A stretch of 17,673 nt of DNA, from assembly GCA_038046645.1 (NCBI GenBank), contig JBBSVU010000021.1, forward strand, positions 1 through 17,673, given 5' to 3'. This DNA is from an archaeon. Its GTDB lineage: Archaea > Iainarchaeota > Iainarchaeia > Iainarchaeales > 0-14-0-20-34-12. The position numbers were made by a program, and so were the translations under genes. The notes under the pieces were generated by a model, which worked only from the letters and a program-made list of their open reading frames with translations, ran no database searches and had not been told where the DNA came from. This document shows positions 7,876 to 15,894 of the stretch, piece by piece (within the stretch, counting starts at the first letter, position 1; each line of letters begins with the position of its first letter).

Positions 7876-9105
7876 TTACTCCCCATAGTCTATTCTCTTT
7901 CTGGCCTGTTTAATACTCTCAATAGTAATCTGCTTAATCAATAGGGCAAATTTCGCATCATCCCTTTTTTTCGATAATTTAGTCAATTTCATATACTGTT
8001 CAGAAAAGCCTATCGGTATTTTAACAAGCGGAAATCCATTGCTAATTAGGATTTTACTGAAAATTGCCCGTGCGGTTCTGCTATTCCCATCTATAAAAGG
8101 ATGGATACGCTGGAACTCATTATGCAAAAAAGCTGCATTATCAACCCATTGTATGGCTGATTGTTTTTTCACCTGTTGTATTTGCCTGACTTTTTCAATG
8201 AAATCATCCAAAATGGCAGGCAGCTGGTGCCAATTAGGTGTTTTAAAATCTGGATTTCCCTTAATCTTAACATTTTGCTTTCTGATTTGCCCTGCCCCAT
8301 AAGGCATAGAATTCATTGCAGTTCTGTGGAATTCCAAAATCATATCTAAATCAAGCGCCTTATTGGAATAAATGAAAAAATCCAATGCTTTCTTATAATC
8401 TAAAACCTCCTGTGCTTCCTTAAAAGGTTTATTTGTTGGGGCAATATTCTGCTTAATGAGCCTTTCAGTTTCTGGCAATGTCAGAGTGTTTCCTTCCAAA
8501 TGCAAGCTTGAATAAATAAAACCAATTTCATCAAAGGTGATTTTCTTTTTAACCAGCTTTTTATACTCAGAAAACTCCTTCTCCAGCCTCTTTTCTACAC
8601 TTTCCTTATCTAAACAATCAGCTAAGTTTTGGCAGGCAACTAATGGTTTTAGCAAGAATTGTTCGACAAGGCACTCTAAAAATCTAGAGTGAACAATTTT
8701 GCAGGCAAATGGTTTTTTGGATTCCACAATGGCAAATCCATGTTTTGTCAATAAATCAGAAATCTTCCGAACTGTTTTGTTGTCAAAAGGCATTCTTGAG
8801 ATATGCCCTTTTTCCAGCCCAAGCCTAACAAACGCGGCAGTTTTCTCCGAAACCATTCGGTTATAATCAATGTTATTACTGAAGCAAAAATTTACCAACC
8901 AAAATAGCCTATGCGCTTTTTCACTATCCCCTATGAAAAATGCCCCATTCTCTTCCCTTATTAAATTCTCGTGTTTTAATTTTTTAACCAGCTTGTAAAT
9001 AGATGCATATGCTACTGGTTTTTTGCCAATTTTCTTGACAATCTCATTGCAGGATAATCCTGGGAATAATCCTATTGCCAAAAGAACATCTAATCTAGAA
9101 ACCAT
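7876..9105 (-). CDS. Fic/DOC family protein with N-terminal winged-helix region
   Basis: 409 aa. Fic motif HPFIDGNSRTAR, inhibitory-helix motif SSLHLEGN, and an N-terminal wHTH-like segment (GLSCNEIVKKIGK..YASIYKLVKKLKHENLI). Confidence 0.93.
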   Translation of the reverse strand: MVSRLDVLLAIGLFPGLSCNEIVKKIGKKPVAYASIYKLVKKLKHENLIREENGAFFIGDSEKAHRLFWLVNFCFSNNIDYNRMVSEKTAAFVRLGLEKGHISRMPFDNKTVRKISDLLTKHGFAIVESKKPFACKIVHSRFLECLVEQFLLKPLVACQNLADCLDKESVEKRLEKEFSEYKKLVKKKITFDEIGFIYSSLHLEGNTLTLPETERLIKQNIAPTNKPFKEAQEVLDYKKALDFFIYSNKALDLDMILEFHRTAMNSMPYGAGQIRKQNVKIKGNPDFKTPNWHQLPAILDDFIEKVRQIQQVKKQSAIQWVDNAAFLHNEFQRIHPFIDGNSRTARAIFSKILISNGFPLVKIPIGFSEQYMKLTKLSKKRDDAKFALLIKQITIESIKQARKRIDYGE

Positions 9106-9125
9106 ACATTATTTATGCTCAGCAC

Positions 9126-9180
9126 TAAATAAAAACCTTACTATAACGGATTAAAAGTACATAAAAAGTATACTTTTAAT
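9126..9180 (-). promoter_or_regulatory. Putative Fic promoter with palindromic operator
   Basis: Minus-strand TTTTTATTTA at 9135-9126, 21-30 nt before the ATG at 9105. Perfect 10-bp IR ATTAAAAGTA (9150-9159) / TACTTTTAAT (9171-9180), overlapping the 14-bp palindrome AAAAGTATACTTTT (9164-9177). Confidence 0.55.
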
Positions 9181-9368
9181 ACTAAATAGCAATAGGGCTC
9201 CGTCCCCATGAAATACTCATGAGTGAAAAAGTTGGCCTAAGAAGCAAACATATTTTTGTTATTTTAACATTCATGAGACGGTTTAAACTGAATTTTAGCT
9301 AACTTTTAGCGTATTGGGTCTAAAATTGCAAAAGTTTCCTAAATAAGAAACTTTGGGGGGTAAAGTAA

Positions 9369-9415
9369 TATCGGTTTTTACTGAAAGTATCGGTTTTTAC
9401 CGATATCATTAAAAA
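9369..9415 (+). promoter_or_regulatory. Tandem palindromic operators of the TA operon
   Basis: TATCGGTTTTTACTGAAA (9369-9386) and the perfect IR TATCGGT-TTTT-ACCGATA (9388-9405) are 16/18 identical with a 19-bp period. TATA-like ATTAAAAA at 9408-9415 precedes the ATG at 9438. Confidence 0.7.
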
Positions 9416-9437
9416 CAGGTTGACATATAGTAACTGT

Positions 9438-10034
9438 ATGAAACTGACATCAAGGCAAACATATAAGATTGTAACTTATGTACTTGCAACCCCCAAGTTT
9501 ACGCAAACAAAGCTAGCTGAAAAAACAGGGGTTTCATGGGGCAGGATGAATGAGATAGTGCAATGGCTCGTAAGCAAGGGTTTTGTCGAAAAAAGAATAG
9601 GCAATTATGAACTTATTGACCCTGCCAATCTGGTTTCATTATTCCCAATTTATAGGGATATGACTTCGCTACTTCTGGAAAAGCTGCCATTAAGGCTTAC
9701 AAAAAAGCAGGTATTGGAAATGCTGCCAAAAAAGGCAGTGCTTTGCCTGGACTCTGCACTTGAATTTTATTCAGGCTACTGGAATTCAGGAAGCGTTTAT
9801 GCCTATGCTGATAATAAGCAGCTTAAGGAAATTGAAAATAAATTCAAGCCTTGGGTCGGCGGCAATACAAACCTTTTTGTATTCAAGCCAGATATGCCCC
9901 TGGAAACAAAAAAAGTAAAGGGTTTTATTGCAACAAGCAGGCTAAGGACACTTATAGATATGCTCTGTGACAAAAAGAGCCATTCTGCTAAGGATTTATA
10001 CAAGCAGTTGTGGGGTCTGAAGTTTGAAGAGTAA
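9438..10034 (+). CDS. Winged-HTH transcriptional regulator / AbiEi-like type IV antitoxin
   Basis: 198 aa from ATG 9438. HTH TQTKLAEKTGVSWGRMNEIVQWLVSKGFVEK. C-terminal VYAY...GFIATSRLRTLIDML resembles AbiEi C-terminal domains. Overlaps the downstream nucleotidyltransferase gene by 11 bp. Confidence 0.75.
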   Translation: MKLTSRQTYKIVTYVLATPKFTQTKLAEKTGVSWGRMNEIVQWLVSKGFVEKRIGNYELIDPANLVSLFPIYRDMTSLLLEKLPLRLTKKQVLEMLPKKAVLCLDSALEFYSGYWNSGSVYAYADNKQLKEIENKFKPWVGGNTNLFVFKPDMPLETKKVKGFIATSRLRTLIDMLCDKKSHSAKDLYKQLWGLKFEE

Positions 10035-10689
10035 ATATGCTGAAAATAAGCTGACTAAGGCATCATACAATGAACTTTTAAAACTTGCCTGCATCTTCAA
10101 TAGGCATGGCTTAAGCCCAATTATAATAGGCGGCTGGGCCGTTTATTTCTATACAAAGGGGGCAAAATCAATTGACATTGATATGATTCTGCCGTCAAAA
10201 TATGCGGTGAAAATCTTTGAAAAACACTGTAGGCAGTATGGCTTCATTAAAAGCAAATCAAAAATAAGGGCTTTATTTAGGAAGGAAATCAGTACTGGAA
10301 GTGGCAGAAAAGAGGAGATTCAGCTTGACATATTTACGCTGGCAGATAAAAATATTCTTGCATCAGACAATTCGATTGAAATACCCTGGAAGCTTGCTGA
10401 GATGCATAGTTTGGAATGGCCTATTGGAAATAATGCTGTTATCCGGCTTCCAGCAAAAGAAGTCCTTCTACTTTATAAAGTTGCGGCATTGATTGACAGG
10501 GAATACAAACTGAGAACTTGGGTGATGCCGATGGTAACAAAAGAAAGGTTAAGGTCAAAAATTGAAAAAGATAAGGCAGATATTTTGGGATTAATTGGCA
10601 CAGGCATTGACAAAATAGAACTAAATAAGCTTCTTAAAAAAACTGGTTTTTTGAAATATTTTGAGCTAAAGGTAGGTGAATTGAAATGA
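10024..10689 (+). CDS. Pol-beta superfamily nucleotidyltransferase, AbiEii-like type IV toxin
   Basis: 221 aa, TTG start with GGGGT RBS-like sequence upstream. Motifs IIIGGWAV, SIDID, QLDIF, LYKVAALIDR and KDKADI match the AbiEii pattern (GG, DxD, K..A..R, (R/K)D..D). Confidence 0.8.
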   Translation: MKSKYAENKLTKASYNELLKLACIFNRHGLSPIIIGGWAVYFYTKGAKSIDIDMILPSKYAVKIFEKHCRQYGFIKSKSKIRALFRKEISTGSGRKEEIQLDIFTLADKNILASDNSIEIPWKLAEMHSLEWPIGNNAVIRLPAKEVLLLYKVAALIDREYKLRTWVMPMVTKERLRSKIEKDKADILGLIGTGIDKIELNKLLKKTGFLKYFELKVGELK

Positions 10690-10919
10690 GAAAACATAAA
10701 AATACTGGGAACGAATCAACTGATTTTTGGGCAGAAGGCTTTTTTGCACAAACAATTAGTGCCAAAGACCTAAAAGAAAAAGTAAAAACTATTGATGAAA
10801 AACACAGCAAAGAATTGAAGTTTAATTGCAGAAAATGTAATGCAAAAATATCTGCCCATAACAAGGATTGGCATGATGGCATGTGCGATGGCTGCTTCAA
10901 TAAAAAATATTTTTCATAA
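10686..10919 (+). CDS. Small putative zinc-finger protein
   Basis: 77 aa. ATGA overlap with the toxin stop, RBS-like GGTAGGTGA at 10671-10679, and motif CRKC-x6-H-x4-H-x3-CDGC. Confidence 0.7.
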   Translation: MRKHKNTGNESTDFWAEGFFAQTISAKDLKEKVKTIDEKHSKELKFNCRKCNAKISAHNKDWHDGMCDGCFNKKYFS

Positions 10920-11074
10920 TAAATCTCAGCTGACCGCAATTCTTTTAACAACTTAGGGCATTATAGAAATAAAGAGGCGTAGATGGCACTATTTTTAGCT
11001 CGGGTGTTGAATCGGACAGAAAGCGCCTGCTGAGGGCGTTCTTATTTACTTTAATCCAAAATTAAGGCAAGCCG

Positions 11075-11138
11075 TTAGGCTAACAATTACTCTGCTTTTT
11101 GTTAGCCTAAAAACCAGAAATAACGAATTTAGGCTAAC
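11075..11138. repeat. Three copies of TTAGGCTAAC (+,-,+), including a perfect 12-bp inverted repeat
   Basis: TTAGGCTAACAA (11075-11086) / TTGTTAGCCTAA (11099-11110) with a 12-nt spacer. Third copy at 11129-11138. Confidence 0.75.
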
Positions 11139-11308
11139 TATTAAAATGGCAGAATTCACATTGGAAGAATATTTTAGGCAAGTGAAAGAATTTTTGAAAA
11201 AATGAGTTAAATTGATTTTCCCAGTAATTCCGCGGTGAAAACCAATTTGAGGGCTTTTCAAATACTTTTATATAGTACTATTTTCTTATTCTACTTGGTG
11301 ACCCGTAA

Positions 11309-11749
11309 ATGTTTGGTTTAGGAAAAGGTTCTATTGATATTCTTGTCGATAAAAGGGTTTTTTCCCAAGGTGAATCAATACAAGGCAAACTTGTTTTGAA
11401 ATTGCACCAGCCAACACCGGCAAAGGAATTAAGGATAGCGCTTATTGGTGAAAGAAAGCAAAGCAGGTTTGATGGAAAAACACACCATACTGAAATTATT
11501 CATGTGTATGATTTCAAATTGCCGCTTGATGGCGAGAAAACATACAGCAACGCAGAATATTCATTTGAATTAAAAGCTCCGGTTCTTTCTGGCACCCAAT
11601 CTGTGGCAGTAGACGGGGCTGTTGGTGCTGTGCTTGATATGTTAAACAATTTAAGTACATCAGGTCCAATTAATTGGCATCTTGATGCAGCTTTAGATAT
11701 TCAAGGAAGCTTTGATGTCAATAAAAAAGTAGCCATAAACATAGGGTAA
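11309..11749 (+). CDS. Spo0M/arrestin N-terminal-like beta-sandwich protein
   Basis: 146 aa with GGTGA RBS upstream. FGLGKGSIDILVDKRVFSQGESIQGKLVL..LRIALIG, YSFELKAP and INWHLDAALDI fit the arrestin-N/Spo0M pattern. Confidence 0.7.
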   Translation: MFGLGKGSIDILVDKRVFSQGESIQGKLVLKLHQPTPAKELRIALIGERKQSRFDGKTHHTEIIHVYDFKLPLDGEKTYSNAEYSFELKAPVLSGTQSVAVDGAVGAVLDMLNNLSTSGPINWHLDAALDIQGSFDVNKKVAINIG

Positions 11750-11798
11750 TGCCTTAATTGCCTTATTTTTCTTCTTTATTCCAATTTTATTATCTGCC

Positions 11799-12191
11799 TT
11801 AATTCTGTTCCTGTTCTTTATTTGCATTTAAGTAATTCCTGGTAAAATTTCCGATTAGTTCAGGATTATCTGTTTCAATCAGCACAACATCAAAATTCTT
11901 GCCTTGATGCATTACCTTAAAGAATTTCCCGGCCACAGTATGCAGCTTTTCAGAGAAGGATTCCCAGCTGTTTGAATTTAACTGATTCAATGAAGTTACT
12001 AAAACAGTTCCTTTCGGCCTTTTGAATCCCAAGATTTCACTTTCTTCTGTCAGCAATTTGTTGAAAATTTTCAAAATCCGGTTTCTGAATCTTTTTTCTT
12101 CCTTTGATGTGAAGCTTAACCTTAAAGAAGGCTTTTTATTTTTCACTTTTTTTGGTTTCTCAAATAGTTTCAGGATTTTTCTGCTGACCAT
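11799..12191 (-). CDS. Hypothetical protein, Lys/Arg-rich N-terminus
   Basis: 130-aa ATG ORF that fills the gap between its neighbours without overlap. No family recognised. Confidence 0.65.
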   Translation of the reverse strand: MVSRKILKLFEKPKKVKNKKPSLRLSFTSKEEKRFRNRILKIFNKLLTEESEILGFKRPKGTVLVTSLNQLNSNSWESFSEKLHTVAGKFFKVMHQGKNFDVVLIETDNPELIGNFTRNYLNANKEQEQN

Positions 12192-12256
12192 ATTACCTAA
12201 TTAAATCAATTTAGAAATGATTATAAACATTAAAGGGCTAACTTTTACTGAATTAT

Positions 12257-13540
12257 ATGGATCTTGTTAGTTTTTTGTTTTTGTCTGCAGCAATAATTTT
12301 TGTTGGAGTGCTTGGTGAATTGATATTTGCAAGGACAAACATACCTGATGTTTTGCTTCTGATGCTTTTAGGAATTGTGATAGGTCCTTTTTTGCTCCTT
12401 GTGGATCCTTCATTGCTTTGGAAAATTGCCCCATTCTTTTCAGCAATTGCTTTAACTGTAATTCTTTTTGAAGGCGGTTTGCATTTGAATATTTATGAAG
12501 TGATAAAGAATATGCCAGCATCCTTTTCCTTATCCCTGCTTTCTTTCATAATTATTGGCTTGTTTGTTTCTGTAGCATATTATTCATTAGGTTTTTTTGG
12601 AATTATTCAAAATGTTACATTAATTAATTCATTAATACTTGGTGCAACGCTAGCTGGTACAAGTTCAATATTGCTTATTCCATTAATGCTAAAATCAAAA
12701 GTAAACAGGAAAATTTTGGATATATTAGGTTTGGAATCTACATATAATGATGTTTTTGTTATTGTTGCAGTTGTTGCTTTGATTAAATTTGCAATTGGTT
12801 CTTCTGCTGGAACATACGGGATAGATAGTGTTCTGAAAGAGGTTGCTGCTAATTTTGCTGTTGGTTTGGTTATAGGGGCATTGTTAGGGCTTTTGTGGCT
12901 ATATGTGTTGAAATTTTTCAAGAAAAAAAGCGATGAGTTAATACATCATTACATGTTGACATTCGCATGCCTGCTTATTGTTTATGTGGTTTCTGAATAT
13001 TTAGGAGGGAGCTCTGCCCTTGCAGTATTAATGTTTGGCTTGGTTTTAGGCAATGCCCACCAAATAGGCCTAATACTCAGGCTTTCTGACAATTTTACTG
13101 TAGATACTGAAGTAAGGCGTTTTAATTCACAGGTTTCATTTTTTGTCAAGACGTTTTTCTTTGCATTTATTGGCATGTTATTTGTCCTAGATTTCCAATT
13201 AGTATTAATTGGAATAGTTATAACTGCAATCATATTTGCCGCAAGATTTGTTTCAGTAAAAATATTTTCAGTGAAATATTCTTTGTCCAAAAATGATTTC
13301 TTTGCCCTTTCGACATTAATTCCTAAAGGTTTAGCAGCAGCAGTTGTTTCAATAATGCCGATGCAGTATGGAATTGCTGGTACAGAAAATTTTATAGCTT
13401 ATACCTTTTCAGTAATTTTGGCAACTACCATTATTGCAACAATTAGCTTCTATATTGTCCAAAAAAAAGCAATTGAGAACAAAGATCAGCAACAAGAAGC
13501 AGTAACTGAGATTAATGTGCCGGAAATCGATCAGATTTAA
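12257..13540 (+). CDS. Cation:proton antiporter (CPA1, NhaP-like)
   Basis: 427 aa, about 12-13 TMs. IPDVLLLMLLGIVIGP, ILFEGGL, LESTYND, FFFAFIG and PKGLAAAV. Confidence 0.93.
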   Translation: MDLVSFLFLSAAIIFVGVLGELIFARTNIPDVLLLMLLGIVIGPFLLLVDPSLLWKIAPFFSAIALTVILFEGGLHLNIYEVIKNMPASFSLSLLSFIIIGLFVSVAYYSLGFFGIIQNVTLINSLILGATLAGTSSILLIPLMLKSKVNRKILDILGLESTYNDVFVIVAVVALIKFAIGSSAGTYGIDSVLKEVAANFAVGLVIGALLGLLWLYVLKFFKKKSDELIHHYMLTFACLLIVYVVSEYLGGSSALAVLMFGLVLGNAHQIGLILRLSDNFTVDTEVRRFNSQVSFFVKTFFFAFIGMLFVLDFQLVLIGIVITAIIFAARFVSVKIFSVKYSLSKNDFFALSTLIPKGLAAAVVSIMPMQYGIAGTENFIAYTFSVILATTIIATISFYIVQKKAIENKDQQQEAVTEINVPEIDQI

Positions 13541-13541
13541 A

Positions 13542-14888
13542 TTATTTCAACACTAAGGCTATTTCTTTCAAGTCTTTTATTTCAATGTTTGCTGATTTTC
13601 TAGCATGGGAGTCTGCATTAACTGCTATTCCCAATCCAGCATTTTTCAGCATACATGCATCTCCCTTTGAATCACCAACTGCAACAATCTTGCCCAGTTT
13701 TATGTGTTTATCCTTGGCTAAATGCTCTAATACATTCGTTTTGCATATCCTGTGTTTTCTGCAGAAACCAATAAACTCCTTAGGCATAATTACCTTTCCA
13801 GTTATTCTGCTTTTTTTCACTTCAAGCATAGGGCAAAAATATTTTAATTTTAGTTTATCTGCGAAATATTTACAAACCGGTTTATAACTCATTGAAATAA
13901 TTATTATTTTATATGTTTTCTTTAACCTTCTTATTGTTTCGACAGCATTTTTCGCGAATTTTATTTTTTTGGCAGCATTTAGGATATCCTTCTCATTCCT
14001 TCCTTTCAGCAATTTTGCAATTTTTTCAGAAATTTGTTCATCAGTTATTCTCCCTTTTTTAAACTTGTCTCTTAATTTTTTTATTTCTTTCTTAAAACCA
14101 AACTTTTCAGCAATTAAATCAATAGTTCTGCCTTTCAGCAAAGTATTATCCATATCAAATGCAATAATCTGGTATTTTCTGGCTTTTTCATATTTTTTTA
14201 GTATGGTTTTTGCAACATGCTCTGCCATAGGCTTTAGTTCATGCAGTGCTCTTTGAATATGTTCTATTTCACCTATATTGACCTGTTTTATCCTATATTT
14301 TTTATGTATTACATCTATCAAAATTTCAATATCAACACCCCATTTTGGACTTATTTTTAGTTTCTTCAATAGTTCTTTTCTTGCGCAAAATTGCCCGCTT
14401 AATGGCTGTTCCATATTAATGCGTGGAAATAGTTCTTTCAATAAGGGTTTAGCAGTTAGTTCAGTTACCCTTCCACTGCTTCTGCCAAATGATGCTTTTA
14501 CAAAATCCGCTTCATTATTCAAAACAGGCTCAATTATATTTACTATTTTTTGCTTTGTGATATTTTTTAAGTCTGCATCAAGAAACAAAATTACTTCTTC
14601 TCTTGCATTTCTAATGCCTGTTTTTATTGCTCTCCCTTTCCCAAAGTTTTTATGATGTTTTATTACGGTTGCGCCATTCTTTGTAGCTATTTTAACCGTG
14701 TTATCTGTTGAACCATCGTCAACAACAATAATTTCGCTTATTTCAAATACTTTCTTGGCCTCTTTTATCACATGAGCAATTGTTTCTTCTTCATTGTATG
14801 CTGGAATAACTAAGGATACTTTCTTTTTGAAGAGCCAAGAAAATGTTTCAGATAAAAATGCTCTAATCGCTTTGTTATTTTTTTTCAT
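13542..14888 (-). CDS. Bifunctional GT-A glycosyltransferase (glucosyl-3-phosphoglycerate synthase-like) / HAD-IB phosphatase (SerB-like) fusion
   Basis: 448 aa from ATG 14888; alternative TTG start at 14936. GT part: VIPAYNEE, VDDGSTD, GKG, FLDADL, GRVTELTAKPLL, QPLSGQ, WGVDIEILID. HAD part: FDMDNTL, IISMSY, K, VGDSKGD. Confidence 0.85.
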   Translation of the reverse strand: MKKNNKAIRAFLSETFSWLFKKKVSLVIPAYNEEETIAHVIKEAKKVFEISEIIVVDDGSTDNTVKIATKNGATVIKHHKNFGKGRAIKTGIRNAREEVILFLDADLKNITKQKIVNIIEPVLNNEADFVKASFGRSSGRVTELTAKPLLKELFPRINMEQPLSGQFCARKELLKKLKISPKWGVDIEILIDVIHKKYRIKQVNIGEIEHIQRALHELKPMAEHVAKTILKKYEKARKYQIIAFDMDNTLLKGRTIDLIAEKFGFKKEIKKLRDKFKKGRITDEQISEKIAKLLKGRNEKDILNAAKKIKFAKNAVETIRRLKKTYKIIIISMSYKPVCKYFADKLKLKYFCPMLEVKKSRITGKVIMPKEFIGFCRKHRICKTNVLEHLAKDKHIKLGKIVAVGDSKGDACMLKNAGLGIAVNADSHARKSANIEIKDLKEIALVLK

Positions 14889-14922
14889 GAGCACAAATAA
14901 TAAGCCAATACTCTTTATATTT

Positions 14923-15885
14923 TTAGCTTCCGCCAATGATCTGCAAGAAAATAATTGTAATAATATAAATCAAATAGATTGCTAAGAACAACCCGCCACC
15001 TTTTTTATCTAATTGTTTGTCGACGGCAGAAGCATAAAATAATATTATGTTTGCAATGATCGCAAAAAGCAATGCTGCTATGAATACTGGCAAAGTTACT
15101 GTAATGTTATTTATCACTGATGCAGTACCTAAAACCAGTGTCATGTTTGTCATGTTACTTCCTATGGCATCCCCCAAAGCTAATCCATAATGCTTTTTCC
15201 TTATTGCCTGCAAATCTATGGATAATTCAGGCAATGATGTTCCTAGAGCTATAATAGTTGCACCTATAACACTTTTTGCTAAATGTAATGTTTCCGCTAT
15301 CTTTACTGCTGAACTTACAACAAAACCTGAGCTAATAAGAACAAGTATCATTGAACCAGTAAAAAATAAAAATGCTGGCATTGCTTCTTTTTTTGAAACA
15401 GTTTTTGTGCTGTTTAATTCAATGCTCTTTTTTCTGGAAATATAAAAAGCATATGCCCCGAACATGAGCAATAATACAATGCCTTCAAATAATCCTAATG
15501 CCCTGTTAGTTATTATGCTGTTAAATATGATATAAACCGAGATGATTGTTGTTAGCACCAATATTATGGCAATATCCTTTAACTCAGTTTTCCTTATTTT
15601 TAAGCCATAAAAGAATGCACCTATTCCTAAAATTAACAGTATGTTTGCAATATTTGAGCCAAATACATTTCCTGCAGATATTGCCCCTTCCCCTAATGAA
15701 GAAGATATTACTGATACAGATAGTTCAGGCAAGGAGGTTGATACTGAAATAAGGAGAAACCCTACCGCAATCTGGCTTATTCCAAAGAATCTTGAAAGTT
15801 TTTCTGCATTTTTTATTACAACACTTGCAGATTTTGCTAAGATAACTAATGAAATTATCAAAGTAGCTATTTCGACAAATACCAT
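14923..15885 (-). CDS. Calcium/sodium antiporter (CaCA superfamily, YrbG-like), second paralogue
   Basis: 320 aa. Alpha-repeats STSLPE...GNVFGSNIANI and GTSLPE...ALGDAIGSNMTN. Confidence 0.93.
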   Translation of the reverse strand: MVFVEIATLIISLVILAKSASVVIKNAEKLSRFFGISQIAVGFLLISVSTSLPELSVSVISSSLGEGAISAGNVFGSNIANILLILGIGAFFYGLKIRKTELKDIAIILVLTTIISVYIIFNSIITNRALGLFEGIVLLLMFGAYAFYISRKKSIELNSTKTVSKKEAMPAFLFFTGSMILVLISSGFVVSSAVKIAETLHLAKSVIGATIIALGTSLPELSIDLQAIRKKHYGLALGDAIGSNMTNMTLVLGTASVINNITVTLPVFIAALLFAIIANIILFYASAVDKQLDKKGGGLFLAIYLIYIITIIFLQIIGGS

Positions 15886-15894
15886 TTTTGTTCA

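Larger units (their letters stand above)
7707..11037. mobile_element. Putative integrated TA/defence islet bounded by 12-bp direct repeats (no integrase in the window)
   Basis: Exact CCTGCTGAGGGC at 7707-7718 (sRNA 3' end) and 11026-11037. The 3307 bp between them hold only Fic, AbiE-like TA and Zn-finger genes. Confidence 0.55.

Noticed and set aside
9118..9124. CTCAGCA as an inverted third copy of the att-like repeat
   Set aside because: Only 7 bp; expected by chance.
10975..11040. Second C/D box sRNA or tRNA at the right repeat
   Set aside because: It has a CTGA but no RTGATGA C box, C' or D' at suitable spacing, and no cloverleaf or T-loop consensus.
10940..11080. Integron attC site (GTTAGGC at 11074-11080 fits GTTRRRY)
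   Set aside because: No matching RYYYAAC inverse core at the gene end, no extended bottom-strand hairpin seen and no integron integrase.
6480..11140. CRISPR array formed by the intergenic repeats
   Set aside because: Each repeat family has only 2-3 short copies without regular unique spacers, and no cas genes are present.
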